Below, piece after piece: positions 1 through 10,825 of a DNA stretch of 64,000 nucleotides. Below the pieces are notes generated by a model. It saw only the letters and a list, made by a program, of their open reading frames with translations. It was not told the origin of the DNA and searched no databases. Position 1 is the stretch's first letter, and every line of letters begins with the position of its first letter. This DNA comes from a virus (taxonomy: Duplodnaviria > Caudoviricetes). Both the position numbers and the translations under genes were made by a program. The stretch lies in the IMG/VR virus record IMGVR_UViG_3300033463_000008. One strand, 5' to 3'.

Positions 1-453
1 CTTGGCGAATATTTCCATAGGAGTGATGGTCTGGAAGTCTGTCAGAGTGCATTCCCTGTGGAACAGGGACACGAATTCCTGGCTTACCGATATGTTGTAG
101 TCGCTCTCGCCGTACGAGCCGTCCATAGCGGCGACCCTTGACGTGTTGGAATAGTATTCAGTCTCGAACCGACTCCGTTCCACTGGTTTGCCCAGAACGT
201 CGATTACGGTGTGGGCGTCGTAGTCCTTTAGTACTTCCGGAGCGACGTTCACCCAGAAGTTGATGTTGTTGTATATGCACGAACCGTCCACATACACGAT
301 AGCAGATATGTACTTCACCCCGGTATCCTCCGTGATATAAAATTCGTTCTTGTCCCTCTTAGCCGTCTTGATGGCGTTGAACAGCAGAAGGAGGCTTCCG
401 GATATGAAAGCCAGCTTCTCGGTAGTCTTGTCTATTGCATAGTACTGGTGCAT
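1..453 (-). CDS. Hypothetical protein, partial (runs off the window start); downstream of the tail-fibre genes
   Basis: ATG at 453, 1 nt after the stop of 455..1897; open frame MHQYYAIDKTTEKLAFISGS... to position 1; missed by the ORF track because it has no stop in the window. Confidence 0.75.
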   Translation of the reverse strand, partial: MHQYYAIDKTTEKLAFISGSLLLLFNAIKTAKRDKNEFYITEDTGVKYISAIVYVDGSCIYNNINFWVNVAPEVLKDYDAHTVIDVLGKPVERSRFETEYYSNTSRVAAMDGSYGESDYNISVSQEFVSLFHRECTLTDFQTITPMEIFAK

Positions 454-454
454 C

Positions 455-1897
455 TTAAACCTCGTTTCCGTTGATTTCAAGGTAATATTTCTTTGTACTC
501 TGTACTGGGTATGTGGTATTGTCCCTCAAGGAAGCCACGATGCTTCCGTCGCTGTAGTAGGTGGAGAGCATGTCGGAGTTGTTGCCCACGTAGTCGAGCC
601 AGTTGTACATTTCGACCTGGTCTACGTACTGCAAGAAGTCGGACTTCTGTTCAAGCCATACGAAGTCCGTATTGCCCGTTCCGGTAACCAATAAAGGGCA
701 TGGGTTGCCGTTATGCATAATGCAGTACAGTCCGTTAACGACCCGCAACGACTGTGCCGGAATGGTTTGCAATGGGGTGTCCGATGTCACCTGGGATGTA
801 TATCCAGCCTTAAGGGACAACTTGTCGCCAAAGTTAAACCATTGTTCGCTTGGATGAGACAGCATCACTACAGTAGGATTGTCATGGAGCCCATGAAGTA
901 TTTCACACGTTGAATACATGTAGGACGGCTCGGTTTCGCACACGCCAACCCACGACGCCGTATTAACCGTCTTAGCCCAGATCTGTCCGAAAGACATACC
1001 GGTCTGCTGGTGGCAATACCAGATGAACTCGCCATTCTGCGGTCGACCAAGAACTGCACTGATATCCGCTGCGGTTACAGGACGGTACGAACTCGACGGA
1101 TCGCCAATGACGCCAGTAAAGATGTAAGTCTGTCCGACACTGCTACGCACGTAGCAGTAGCCAGGAGTCATGCCGACGTTGGAGCTTCCGTTCCAGATGA
1201 AGAAGTCGCCCTCGTTCATGTGGAATATGGCGGAGCTGTCTGTAATCACGCCCTTGTATTCATTAAAGTTCGCCATGTTGACGGTCTGCTTGTTCTGCAC
1301 GTTTCCGTAGTACCAAACCTTGTAATTTCCCGGTGTTCCGTCATAGTAAGCCGGATAGAAGTTCGTAGACGTGTAGTCGGTCTGCTGGGTGTACTGGATG
1401 TAGTACTTCAGACCAGCCTTCAGCGTAACTCCGGAAATGCCGTCGATATGCCTACGGCGTCCGGACAGCCCGTACTTAGTCGAGACCGCGTCGATGGTGT
1501 CGACGTTGTGGCGGTAGACGACCAGTCCGGACTCGTGATATACTGCAATGTTGCAAGTCGTGTTGGTATTGTTCGAGTCGGTGAAGATGCCGATACTTAT
1601 CAAAGACACGTCAGAAGAAGGCGTATACTCGAAAGCGATCGTCTCGTGACCGGCTGCAAGATCATCAAGCCATGTCCACACGACATACTGCTGGAGGTCG
1701 GCTACGGAGCTGACGGTCGCACCAGCCGGAATCGCGTAAACCTTCTTGACACGTACCAGCAACGCCTCGATCTGTGCATCGGTCGCTCCAGCCGGTATTA
1801 CCGTACCAGCCGGGAGGAACTTGATGTCATCCACGTCATGGTTCGGGTTGCCCGAATAATTCGGAAAGTGACACGCTATTTTACCAGTATGAGCCAT
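455..1897 (-). CDS. Tail-fibre-associated / receptor-binding protein with DUF4082-like beta-sandwich
   Basis: Coupled to the fibre operon. Segment FEYTPSSDVSLISIGIF...VTLKAGLKYYIQY resembles the C-terminal domain of 4530..10400 (VKPAKDVTITEWTFY...LALRANTSYWF). Confidence 0.55.
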   Translation of the reverse strand: MAHTGKIACHFPNYSGNPNHDVDDIKFLPAGTVIPAGATDAQIEALLVRVKKVYAIPAGATVSSVADLQQYVVWTWLDDLAAGHETIAFEYTPSSDVSLISIGIFTDSNNTNTTCNIAVYHESGLVVYRHNVDTIDAVSTKYGLSGRRRHIDGISGVTLKAGLKYYIQYTQQTDYTSTNFYPAYYDGTPGNYKVWYYGNVQNKQTVNMANFNEYKGVITDSSAIFHMNEGDFFIWNGSSNVGMTPGYCYVRSSVGQTYIFTGVIGDPSSSYRPVTAADISAVLGRPQNGEFIWYCHQQTGMSFGQIWAKTVNTASWVGVCETEPSYMYSTCEILHGLHDNPTVVMLSHPSEQWFNFGDKLSLKAGYTSQVTSDTPLQTIPAQSLRVVNGLYCIMHNGNPCPLLVTGTGNTDFVWLEQKSDFLQYVDQVEMYNWLDYVGNNSDMLSTYYSDGSIVASLRDNTTYPVQSTKKYYLEINGNEV

Positions 1898-1898
1898 A

Positions 1899-4514
1899 TT
1901 AACCTATTCTGAAAATGATGGTTCCTTCGCCCTCGGCACCGCCACCGTAGATGATATTGATGATTTCCTGGTCGGAACGGGCGACATACATACGCTGTGC
2001 AAGCAAGCCTTCCGCACCAGACGCCGGGTTAGACTTGTAGACGATTGATTCGGACACCTTCTTCTTGTCGGCAGCCGTCATCAATCCGTTGGATGCCCCG
2101 GTCTCGCCGGTTGCGATGGCGTTTGGAATAGTCACGACGTTGCTGGACGGTGTAAGAGTACTTGCCGCACCTTCGAGCTTGATTTCCGGAACTTCGACGT
2201 TGACAGCCTTGTTTGCGTCCGGAGTCAATGCGGTGTTGTTAACCTTGACCGTATCGATGACGTTCATCTCTCCGCTGCTCGGAGCCGTTTCCCATGAGTA
2301 GGAACCGACACCGCCACTGTATGTCGCCTTCAATACCTTGCCGTTGTCGGAACTGCCGACAGTAGGAACTTCTTGAACATCGTCCCATTCGATAAAAGGT
2401 TTCGGCGAGCCTTGAGATGGAACATCCCAACCAGCCCTCAATACTTTACCAGCATCAGCACTAGTAAGGTTCGCTGTCAAGTCTTCTTGTATGCCAAATT
2501 GATATATCGGCGATTCATCGTCGCCAAGAATTATTTTAGCATAATTGGTCGATTCGCCGTGCTCGGTATCAACCCAAGCACCAACAACCACGCACCGATC
2601 TGGGTCTACCGTCATAAATTGGATGGTAACCCGTTTTTCGTTACTTACAATTGTTGCTTGAACGGTTTCTGGATATAGATATCCGCCATTGACAAAATCT
2701 GCCGGAGATGCTGGATTGTAATTAATGATAAGCGCAATCGATTGACCATCTACTATCCAATCATAAAGGTCATCCGCAGTTACACGAGGATAACTTTGGC
2801 TAGTCGAATCATAAGTGCCTTCCAAGTCTTGCAAATATCCGTATGTATCACCAGTAGCGGCAGAATCAGCGTCATAATAAATGCGATGTACTTTTCTACC
2901 AGCTTCGGGAGCCGCCCATGCAGCCGTTCCGACACCGCCACTGTACGAAGCGGTCAACACCTTACCGTTGTCCGAACTGGTAATTCCGGGGACGTGTTCG
3001 ACCATTTGCCACGTGTATCTTCCGTTACTGTTTACACCAAGGAACTTGCCAGCGTCCGACGAATCAGAAGCCGGTACACCACGAGTCGCCAAGTCAAAAT
3101 CTTGAAGTATTCCGCCATTGTGCGACAGCAACGCCATTCGGCCTTCTGGATATTGCGTTGCAGAACTGCCATTGTACCTAGACGGCGTATAAATAGATGT
3201 CGAATGCAATGTATATGGATAGCTGCCATACATACGATAAAAATCAAGACGAATGCCTGGATGTTCCACTGTACCTTGCAGTTGAGAACTAGCCATTATC
3301 ATAACGTCTTCGTCACCACCAGGAGCCGTAGAATATGTATATAATCCATAAATGTTGCCAGCTTCAAGGCTCGCCTTTATTTCATCATACATAGCATAGT
3401 CATAGCCATGTGGCGACTGCGCATTAGGCTTATCCAAGTCAACTACCCACACGCCATACGGAGCCGGATCTTCGGAACTAGCATTCACAAACATTAGCAT
3501 ATGCAGATGCGACGTTGTCATTGCATTCAGCTTAGCCTTGTCAGCCGCAGTAATAGCACCAGAATTTCCATTCACGCCAGTAGACGGAGCCGTAGCGAGC
3601 GGTATTGCAATACTCTTGTCAGCAGCGGCATTTGTGGTAAAAGAATCAAACGCAGTTGAATCACCCTCGATCTTCATCGAGACCGTGGAATCGTTCACCG
3701 TAGGAATCGTCGGCTTGTTCAGAATCTCTGCATCATCACCGGCAGCGGCTTCCCAGTCTGGCTTAATGTTCACTTGAGCGCCAGCTTCGATACCACCTAG
3801 CTTAGTAACGGATTCATCCAATGCACGCTTGTCCTCGCCAGACATAGCACCCTTGACATATGTCCAGTTATCGCTACCGTCATTAGTAGCGGACGCCATC
3901 GGAATGACAATGTTTGATGCTGAGCTCTGGTTGGTCGTCAACGTTCCTACAGCGGTTTCGGACGCACTGCCAATCTTGACGGAAACCGTACTGTCGTTTA
4001 CCGTAGGCTGATTGACCCATGAAAGTGACTGGCCTTGGTTCGTAACGCCAAGAACCTTTCCATCATCAGCAGAGGTTGCTGATGGAATACCACTGTCAGC
4101 AACGTCCCACTTGTAACCCATTGCATGAGTACTAGGGTCCTCATACGCCTTCAATACCTTTCCATCATCCGTGGACACCGGAGTAGGCACGTTACCACTA
4201 GCGGCAATTGCCTGTGCAACTGCCGTACCGCTCTGCGGATTCGTAGACGATGCGTTGTACGTTTGGTCAACTTCGGGGACAGAAATATCGATCGTCTTGT
4301 TAGTAACGGTCTGAGTCGTCCCGTTGACCTTGATAGCCTCAATTACGTTGGCTTCGGCTCCGCTTTCGATACCGCTCAACTTATTCTTTTCAGTCAAGGT
4401 AAACGGTTCGCCATCGAACGACTTCATCGCACCGATGTTGGCGAGAACCTGGTCTTTCTGCTCCTGGGTGAGAGTCTGCGGTTCATAAATAACACTAGGA
4501 TTTACTGTTGCCAT
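1899..4514 (-). CDS. Tail fibre protein with repeated linkers
   Basis: About 7 P-x-x-x-S-x-D-x-GK(V/F)L repeats; KLxGIExGAxxN and VNDSTVSxKI repeats shared with 4530..10400; Ser/Thr/Gly-rich. Confidence 0.75.
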   Translation of the reverse strand: MATVNPSVIYEPQTLTQEQKDQVLANIGAMKSFDGEPFTLTEKNKLSGIESGAEANVIEAIKVNGTTQTVTNKTIDISVPEVDQTYNASSTNPQSGTAVAQAIAASGNVPTPVSTDDGKVLKAYEDPSTHAMGYKWDVADSGIPSATSADDGKVLGVTNQGQSLSWVNQPTVNDSTVSVKIGSASETAVGTLTTNQSSASNIVIPMASATNDGSDNWTYVKGAMSGEDKRALDESVTKLGGIEAGAQVNIKPDWEAAAGDDAEILNKPTIPTVNDSTVSMKIEGDSTAFDSFTTNAAADKSIAIPLATAPSTGVNGNSGAITAADKAKLNAMTTSHLHMLMFVNASSEDPAPYGVWVVDLDKPNAQSPHGYDYAMYDEIKASLEAGNIYGLYTYSTAPGGDEDVMIMASSQLQGTVEHPGIRLDFYRMYGSYPYTLHSTSIYTPSRYNGSSATQYPEGRMALLSHNGGILQDFDLATRGVPASDSSDAGKFLGVNSNGRYTWQMVEHVPGITSSDNGKVLTASYSGGVGTAAWAAPEAGRKVHRIYYDADSAATGDTYGYLQDLEGTYDSTSQSYPRVTADDLYDWIVDGQSIALIINYNPASPADFVNGGYLYPETVQATIVSNEKRVTIQFMTVDPDRCVVVGAWVDTEHGESTNYAKIILGDDESPIYQFGIQEDLTANLTSADAGKVLRAGWDVPSQGSPKPFIEWDDVQEVPTVGSSDNGKVLKATYSGGVGSYSWETAPSSGEMNVIDTVKVNNTALTPDANKAVNVEVPEIKLEGAASTLTPSSNVVTIPNAIATGETGASNGLMTAADKKKVSESIVYKSNPASGAEGLLAQRMYVARSDQEIINIIYGGGAEGEGTIIFRIG
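2305..2979. repeat. 51-bp imperfect direct repeat (2305-2355 and 2929-2979) flanking an internal fibre cassette
   Basis: 43/51 identical by manual alignment; first 17 bp (ccgacaccgccactgta) exact; both encode SSDNGKVLxAxYSGGVG. Confidence 0.85.
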
Positions 4515-4529
4515 ATCCGTTATCCTTCA

Positions 4530-7500
4530 TTAAATTGTCCATTCATTGTTGCTGGAGTCTTTGAGCTTCAAGAACGTTCCTTGAGCATTGTTTTCGCGGA
4601 CGTAATAGTACGGTACATTCGCACCGTCATCAAACGCAGCAAGGTTCTTCTTTACCGTGACACCGGTGTACTGCACAAGCTTATCAGAGCCGTCAAAAGC
4701 GACACCAGCCGGGAACCAGTAACTTGTATTGGCTCTCAACGCCAGGCCGGTGCTGTACACATACTTATGTTCGTAGTAGTTCGTTCCGGAAACTTGGGTA
4801 TGAGTAGATGTAACTGTACCGCCATTAACCAATTCCGTATCGAAACCAGATGTATATACTCGTGCACCCCAGTTGTTGGAATCACTAGCATTGGTATCGT
4901 AGAACGTCCACTCGGTAATCGTAACATCCTTTGCCGGCTTTACCGACTGCATAACAAGGTCATTGCCGTCTGGGCTGAGCGGAACCGTCGTACTCTGGAA
5001 TATATTGACGATGCCGTTTGAAGCAGACAGGCTATATCCAGTAATGTTGACGAACGGGTCAGTTGCAACGCTACCGCTACCGGCACCGTTACGAATCTGC
5101 ATAAAGAATCTAGGTGCATTCGGATGTTCGTTATACGAGTTACTCCACGGACCGATGTAGTATGTTCCGTTACCGTCATTGTAGTCGAGGCGTCCCACGG
5201 AAGCATCAGTCATTGAAATTTCGGCGCCATTGTACGTAATGTTTTCAACACCCACAGTGAAACGCGGGATTGCATTAATCTGAGATGCTGAACTATACGA
5301 TTCGCACCCACACAACAGCAACCCATTCACGTTAGCCTCGCTAGGCAAGTATAGAGAAGCATAGTAAACACAGTCAGACCGTAACTCGTTAATGTTCGGG
5401 TTAATATGCTTAATCGGGAACTCGTTACGGCCAGCCACGACTTCTACTGGACCGGTATCAGCGACATAGTCAGTAGCACCGGTTTCAAAGTCGTACACAT
5501 AAAGTGCAAGCATTATCTTATGGCCCGAGAACGCTTGCTTTGCGTAGATACCAAACACCGTCGGCGTTTCACTCAACGCTTCGAGACGGATTCCGTTGTT
5601 GATAGGAACCGTAAATGCTTGACATAGCATGCAAGCACCGCTTGCCAACGTAGATACTGAACGGTCTGCGAAATCATAAACATGGGTAATCTGAGGCATC
5701 GCGAAGTTCGTGGTCAGCTTCGTATCAAGATCAGTTTGCATCTTTTGGACAGCCTGAACCACTTCCTCGGTCGGGTTGTCAAGCGTAACAACCGCCTCGG
5801 CAGACCCCGTAGTGTCAAACTTCAACCCGGAACCAAGCTTGACTTCAAGGTTTCCGGTTGTTGAATTGATTCCTAAACCATCGCCATGCTTTACGGATAT
5901 GAGGTCGTTAGCGATAGATATCGCTTCACCCGCGCCAAGGGTAGAACCAGAACCGGTGTGCTCAATTATACCCACCGCAATTTCCATGGCGGAAACATGT
6001 GCCGTAAGGGACACGTGGGCATTTCCGGCAGGGTCGTCTTGTGTCGTATCACTTTCGCCGACATAGGTTATGCGATAGCAGCAATATTCCTTGCCGTCGA
6101 TTGTCACCGTGTTATTCGAGGTATTCTTGATCGTAAACGTCTGGTCTACGGAGCACTCCCCTACTTGAGACGGATAAGTTTCAACCGACTGTGACAGCAC
6201 AACGTTATTACCGACATCGTGAATGTTAACACCAGCCCTGTAGAAATATCCGTTTCCGCGAGGCATATAAGCAACGTTGATATTCACAGACAGTGTGAAC
6301 AGGTCAACACCAGCTACCGCCGGAGTGCTGCCAGACGCCGGTATCGGCTTGAGGGCAGCGAGGTAGTTGTGACCGCTGGTGGCGTCATTATAAATCACGA
6401 AACGGTCGTCACCGGATGTGCTAATTGGATTGGACGCCGATACCGGAATGATGATGTCATCACCATTCTTGATATGAGAAACACTAATGGCCGTATCAAT
6501 GAGATAACCCATGTGACCGCCCTTGACACCGACTTCATAGTCAGTGCCACCACCCTGAATCGGAGTTTCAGTAATCTCAATACCAGCACCCGCGGAAACC
6601 GTCACCGGGTCGGCAGAAGCCGTAATCGTAACCTTGTTGGAATTAGTGTCCTTGGCGAGAGCGATGTTGTGACCGGCTTCGAGCGTGAGTGTGTCATGGT
6701 CGTTAGATGGTTCACAGTCGGCTGTAGACGGCGTAGGAGTTGCGCCATCGCTGATAGTGACCTTGGAGAAGTTCTTGAGCGTCTTGAGGTGTTCAAGGGC
6801 TTCCTTGTCGGTAGCACTCATCAAGCCGTGGGTGTACACCGGAGTAGCACCACTGCTGTCCACAGCGGCTTCCGGAATCGTTACGACCTTGCTTGCATCC
6901 GGTGTAAGCGGATTCTGTTCACCATCAAGCTGTACGCCTTCAATGATGTTAACGTCAGCACTTAGCTCAATTCCGTCGAGCTTGTCCTTGTCGGATGCCG
7001 ACATGATACCAGCCTTAGCGGAAGCAACCGGAGAAGTCGTAGCAGATGCAGCCAGCGGCAATGTCACGCGCTTGTCTGTAATCGTCAAGTCGGCGGTTTC
7101 GCCTTCAATCTTGATATGCTCGATATCGTTGACCTGAGCACCATCTTCAATCTCGTCAAGTTTCTTCTTATCCTGGCCAGTGATTACGCCGGATGTATAA
7201 GTAGAACCGCTGTACTTAGCCTTCGGAATGGTAACATTTTCCTGGCTAATCGGAAGAGCTGATTGATCACCTTCAATGGTAATGCTCTCGATGCTGTTGA
7301 CTTCTGCGCCAGCAGCAATACCGTTGAGTTTTTCCTTCTCTTCACCGGTCATCAAACCGTCAGTATACGTAGTCGGAGTCTGCGTATTATCAAAAGATGC
7401 ACGAGGAATTTCAAAGATTACGTCTTCATTGGCGTCAGCCGTAAATCCAGTACCAACAGCATTGGCAGAGCCAAGCTTGATCTTAAGTTCCTTATCGTTG

Positions 7501-10400
7501 ACAATGACATTCGCCTTCTTGTTCTGGTCGAGAACAATGTCGGTACCGTTCTTCTGCACGCCCTTCACAGCAGAGTTGGCAAGGTCATAGGCTTGCTTGA
7601 CGCTGTTAGGAGTAGCTGCGGTTGTGACGGACGTACTGTCAACGGCATCGTTTAATTGAACAATACCCTTCTGCGACGTATTTCCGTATTGAATATTCTT
7701 ACTATGTACATCGAGTTCACCATTTTCGTTCTGGGACACTGAATCGATAAATGAAATACCGGAACCATCTGGGCTAGGACTCGATACCGGAGTCTGCTTT
7801 GTCTTGTAGTTGCTCAAGTCAACAAAGCCAGACAACAAGTCAAACTTGTAAGCATCTGGACTTGAGCTGACCTTACAAACGCCAACATTGTCACCAATAC
7901 GGATAGGCTTACCAGCGCCTTCGATAAAGTCCGCCGTAGTCGTACCGGCGTCCGTCATGTTATAGACGCAACCTTCGTTTTCAGCAACCAGTAGCAAGCT
8001 TGTAAGGTCTGCTACAACCTTTGTACCGGCGTGGTGATAAGCACTTGCAACTGCGTTAGAAATGGCTTCACGAACCGCTCTCGGTGTAGGAGCCGTCGTA
8101 GTACTTGATTCGTTAGACGCGATGCTATCCTGCAACTGGACGACACCCTTCTGGGAAGTTGACGCGCTCTGGACGGTTTTCTTGGTGAGTGTCGTTAGAA
8201 CGCCATTCTCATTCTGTGCAGTTTGGTCTATGAACGTAAGACCTTCTCCGAACGCTTGTGGATCAGCAACCGCAGTCTGTTTCGTCTTCAAATTCCCAAG
8301 GTCAACAACCTTAGCACTGTCCGGCGTAAGCGTAGAGCCGTTCAACGTGACACCCTGAATAGCGGTGTCCGCCTTTTTACCCTGTGCGGCAGTCGCGAAA
8401 TCAGCAGTCTTCTTGCCAGAGTCGGTCAAGTTGCCGTTGGCATCCAGTCCGGCAAAGTTGCCACTAGTTGCCGAGTTTACCTTGTCCGCCTTTCCAGAGA
8501 GGTCTTGGTGTTCGACAACCACCTCTTGAGAAAGCCCGGTCTTGAGCGTGATTTTCTTCTTGGTACTGTCACCGGCGACATCATCGATAGCCATCTCTGA
8601 CTTTTCAGCCTTACCAGAGATATCCTGGTGAGCAACAACCACATCGGTAGCCAAGCCATCCTTCAGTTGGATATTCTTCTTGGTTTCATCGCCGGATACA
8701 GCGGTGATAGCCATTTCGGACTTCTCAGCCTTGCCCGAAATATCCTGGTGCTCCTGGAGGGCTGTATCAGCCTTTCCTAGCGAATCCTGCACATCGGATG
8801 CCAGGTCGCTCTTCGGGATTCCAGTGTCCGGCTTCTGGTAAGCCGTGTCAGCCTTTGCACCCTGTGCTGCCGTGGCAAAATCGTCTATCTTGGCATGCGA
8901 ATCAGCCAAGTTTCCGTTGGCATCCAAAGCGGCAAAGTTACCATTGGTTGCACCTGCCACCTTGTCAGCCTTCTTGTCGAGGGCAGTCTGCGTAGCCGTA
9001 CTGATTGGCTTATTCAGGTCAGCCGTGTTGTCCACGTCACCAAGGTCTATCGCATTCTTATCAACAGTAATCGACTTGTCACTGGCATCATTCGCGGAGA
9101 ACACAACGGGGGAAGCATTCCCTACCTTGATAGAGAGTTTTCCATCATTTACGGTAGCAGATTCCGGAATGACGATTGTACCCTGTTCAATCGGCAAATT
9201 TTCGCCATCACCAATCCGAGCACCGGTGACAGCGTGCTCCGTAACCACAGTCGTAGCCAACCCGTCTTTCAACTTGATATTCTTCTTGGTCGGGTCACCG
9301 GCGACATCCGTAATCGCCATGGCGCTCTTATCGGCCTTCCCAGAAATATCCTGGTGTTCCTGAAGAGCAGTGTCAGCCTTTGCGCCCTGTTCAGCTGTGG
9401 CGAAGTCAGAAGCCTTCTTGCGGGAATCAACCAAGTTCCCTGTTGAGTCAAGGGCAGCCAAGTGTCCGCTGACCGCATTGAGAACCTTGTCAGCCTTCTT
9501 TTCAAGGTCAACCTTTACGCTGCTTGCCGAATCGCCATAGACCACATAGAAGTTATTTGCCGTAGCGCTGGTTTCCGGCTCAAAAATACGGAAAAATACC
9601 GGGCGTGCGGCCTTGCGTGAAGTCCATACAGGATCGTCATTGATAAGCTCGTTTGCACTGAACTGGACAAACCGCAACACGCGGATAAACGCTTCATCGG
9701 CATAGAGGTAAACCTTGTCATCTACAAGGTCATGATACACAACGCCATCCACCGGGTCGATTTCGATGGCATGATATATGTCATAATAGAATTTCCCATT
9801 TTCGGAATCATAATAGCCCGGAATAGAGTCATCATGCGGGCGGTAGTCCGTATCCACGTCGGTAACACGTTCAGCCATGTGGTCGCCATCCGGCCAGGTA
9901 TAGCCAGCTGCATTCAGTGATGCATACAGGCCGGTACCGGATTCGCGGTTGTCAAGCAAGATTACCGGAATGCCGCTCTGTAGTGCACACCAAATCTTTC
10001 GGAAATCCGTTGCATGCGGCTGGATCTGTTCGCTAGGGTCATATGCCAATGCGACAAAGGTACCCGGCATGAGACCGGCATCGGCCAGGTTGCCGTTTTC
10101 ATCGGCAACAACCAGATGGCCCTCCTCGGCACTGACCTTGTCAATCTTCCCATTCAAGTCTTCCTGTACGATGCCAACCGGCTTCCACACATTGTCTTCA
10201 AGAACATTCGGCCAGTAGCGTTCCACTCCGCCATCGGTTTCCTTGACGACATAGATAACATTCTTGTCAGCGGGTTCAAGGGAACTGACCGCAGGAAGGG
10301 CATCAACCACCACAAACCGGCGGTTCAATCTGCCATACATGAGCTTAAGGTCATCTTCGGTCAAGTACTTGATTATTTCGGGCATATTGCTCTCGTACAT
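4530..10400 (-). CDS. Long tail fibre protein (1956 aa)
   Basis: Repeats KADKV..GNFAxLDANGNLxDS..DFATAxQGAKADTA, HQDISGKA, phage-fibre repeats (SQKG(V/I)VQL..TTA(A/P)TP), GxMxxxDKxKLDGI; globular C-terminal domains. Confidence 0.85.
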   Translation of the reverse strand: MYESNMPEIIKYLTEDDLKLMYGRLNRRFVVVDALPAVSSLEPADKNVIYVVKETDGGVERYWPNVLEDNVWKPVGIVQEDLNGKIDKVSAEEGHLVVADENGNLADAGLMPGTFVALAYDPSEQIQPHATDFRKIWCALQSGIPVILLDNRESGTGLYASLNAAGYTWPDGDHMAERVTDVDTDYRPHDDSIPGYYDSENGKFYYDIYHAIEIDPVDGVVYHDLVDDKVYLYADEAFIRVLRFVQFSANELINDDPVWTSRKAARPVFFRIFEPETSATANNFYVVYGDSASSVKVDLEKKADKVLNAVSGHLAALDSTGNLVDSRKKASDFATAEQGAKADTALQEHQDISGKADKSAMAITDVAGDPTKKNIKLKDGLATTVVTEHAVTGARIGDGENLPIEQGTIVIPESATVNDGKLSIKVGNASPVVFSANDASDKSITVDKNAIDLGDVDNTADLNKPISTATQTALDKKADKVAGATNGNFAALDANGNLADSHAKIDDFATAAQGAKADTAYQKPDTGIPKSDLASDVQDSLGKADTALQEHQDISGKAEKSEMAITAVSGDETKKNIQLKDGLATDVVVAHQDISGKAEKSEMAIDDVAGDSTKKKITLKTGLSQEVVVEHQDLSGKADKVNSATSGNFAGLDANGNLTDSGKKTADFATAAQGKKADTAIQGVTLNGSTLTPDSAKVVDLGNLKTKQTAVADPQAFGEGLTFIDQTAQNENGVLTTLTKKTVQSASTSQKGVVQLQDSIASNESSTTTAPTPRAVREAISNAVASAYHHAGTKVVADLTSLLLVAENEGCVYNMTDAGTTTADFIEGAGKPIRIGDNVGVCKVSSSPDAYKFDLLSGFVDLSNYKTKQTPVSSPSPDGSGISFIDSVSQNENGELDVHSKNIQYGNTSQKGIVQLNDAVDSTSVTTAATPNSVKQAYDLANSAVKGVQKNGTDIVLDQNKKANVIVNDKELKIKLGSANAVGTGFTADANEDVIFEIPRASFDNTQTPTTYTDGLMTGEEKEKLNGIAAGAEVNSIESITIEGDQSALPISQENVTIPKAKYSGSTYTSGVITGQDKKKLDEIEDGAQVNDIEHIKIEGETADLTITDKRVTLPLAASATTSPVASAKAGIMSASDKDKLDGIELSADVNIIEGVQLDGEQNPLTPDASKVVTIPEAAVDSSGATPVYTHGLMSATDKEALEHLKTLKNFSKVTISDGATPTPSTADCEPSNDHDTLTLEAGHNIALAKDTNSNKVTITASADPVTVSAGAGIEITETPIQGGGTDYEVGVKGGHMGYLIDTAISVSHIKNGDDIIIPVSASNPISTSGDDRFVIYNDATSGHNYLAALKPIPASGSTPAVAGVDLFTLSVNINVAYMPRGNGYFYRAGVNIHDVGNNVVLSQSVETYPSQVGECSVDQTFTIKNTSNNTVTIDGKEYCCYRITYVGESDTTQDDPAGNAHVSLTAHVSAMEIAVGIIEHTGSGSTLGAGEAISIANDLISVKHGDGLGINSTTGNLEVKLGSGLKFDTTGSAEAVVTLDNPTEEVVQAVQKMQTDLDTKLTTNFAMPQITHVYDFADRSVSTLASGACMLCQAFTVPINNGIRLEALSETPTVFGIYAKQAFSGHKIMLALYVYDFETGATDYVADTGPVEVVAGRNEFPIKHINPNINELRSDCVYYASLYLPSEANVNGLLLCGCESYSSASQINAIPRFTVGVENITYNGAEISMTDASVGRLDYNDGNGTYYIGPWSNSYNEHPNAPRFFMQIRNGAGSGSVATDPFVNITGYSLSASNGIVNIFQSTTVPLSPDGNDLVMQSVKPAKDVTITEWTFYDTNASDSNNWGARVYTSGFDTELVNGGTVTSTHTQVSGTNYYEHKYVYSTGLALRANTSYWFPAGVAFDGSDKLVQYTGVTVKKNLAAFDDGANVPYYYVRENNAQGTFLKLKDSSNNEWTI

Positions 10401-10744
10401 TAGATACCTCCGTCATCAACGGAATCAAAAATTTCGGTCAATTCTTCCTGGGAAAACGGCTGCAACTCATAACGCTTCTCAAACCCGTCGAAACTGACAT
10501 GATAAGTAGTGTCATAGACACCTTCCTCTTTAGTGACCGTCACATCGCCAATGCCATCGACGATTACAGTCTTGTTCTCGCTGAATTCCGGACACGGCTC
10601 CGGAATAGGCACCGGTGGTTCCGGTGGCATCGGACGGTACGGCATGGGACGCGGTCCCACGTCAGGGTACAGCATCGAGCCCGTGTGCTGGACAGGACCC
10701 GGAGTATGAGGATGAAGCGGATGTTGACAGTTGCAGCGTTTCAT
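10400..10744 (-). CDS. Small Pro/His/Cys-rich protein, first gene of the fibre operon
   Basis: Stop overlaps the fibre ATG; late box 7 nt upstream of its ATG. Confidence 0.7.
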   Translation of the reverse strand: MKRCNCQHPLHPHTPGPVQHTGSMLYPDVGPRPMPYRPMPPEPPVPIPEPCPEFSENKTVIVDGIGDVTVTKEEGVYDTTYHVSFDGFEKRYELQPFSQEELTEIFDSVDDGGI

Positions 10745-10751
10745 GCCAGAT

Positions 10752-10800
10752 AGTTTATAGCTTATGCCGCTCCGGGAACAGGCGCCCGCGGTTATAAACT
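10752..10800. promoter_or_regulatory. Divergent pair of late-promoter boxes TATAAACT (minus 10752-10759, plus 10793-10800)
   Basis: Same octamer recurs upstream of many structural genes; analogous to the T4 late promoter TATAAATA. Confidence 0.8.
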
Positions 10801-10825
10801 GTTACCGTAAAGCGAGGTCCCGCCC

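Noticed and set aside
8380-9520. Repeated DNA blocks in the long fibre gene as a CRISPR array or DGR template/variable pair
   Set aside because: They are in-frame protein repeats with mostly synonymous differences, not adenine-specific; no constant repeat-spacer period and no reverse transcriptase in the window.
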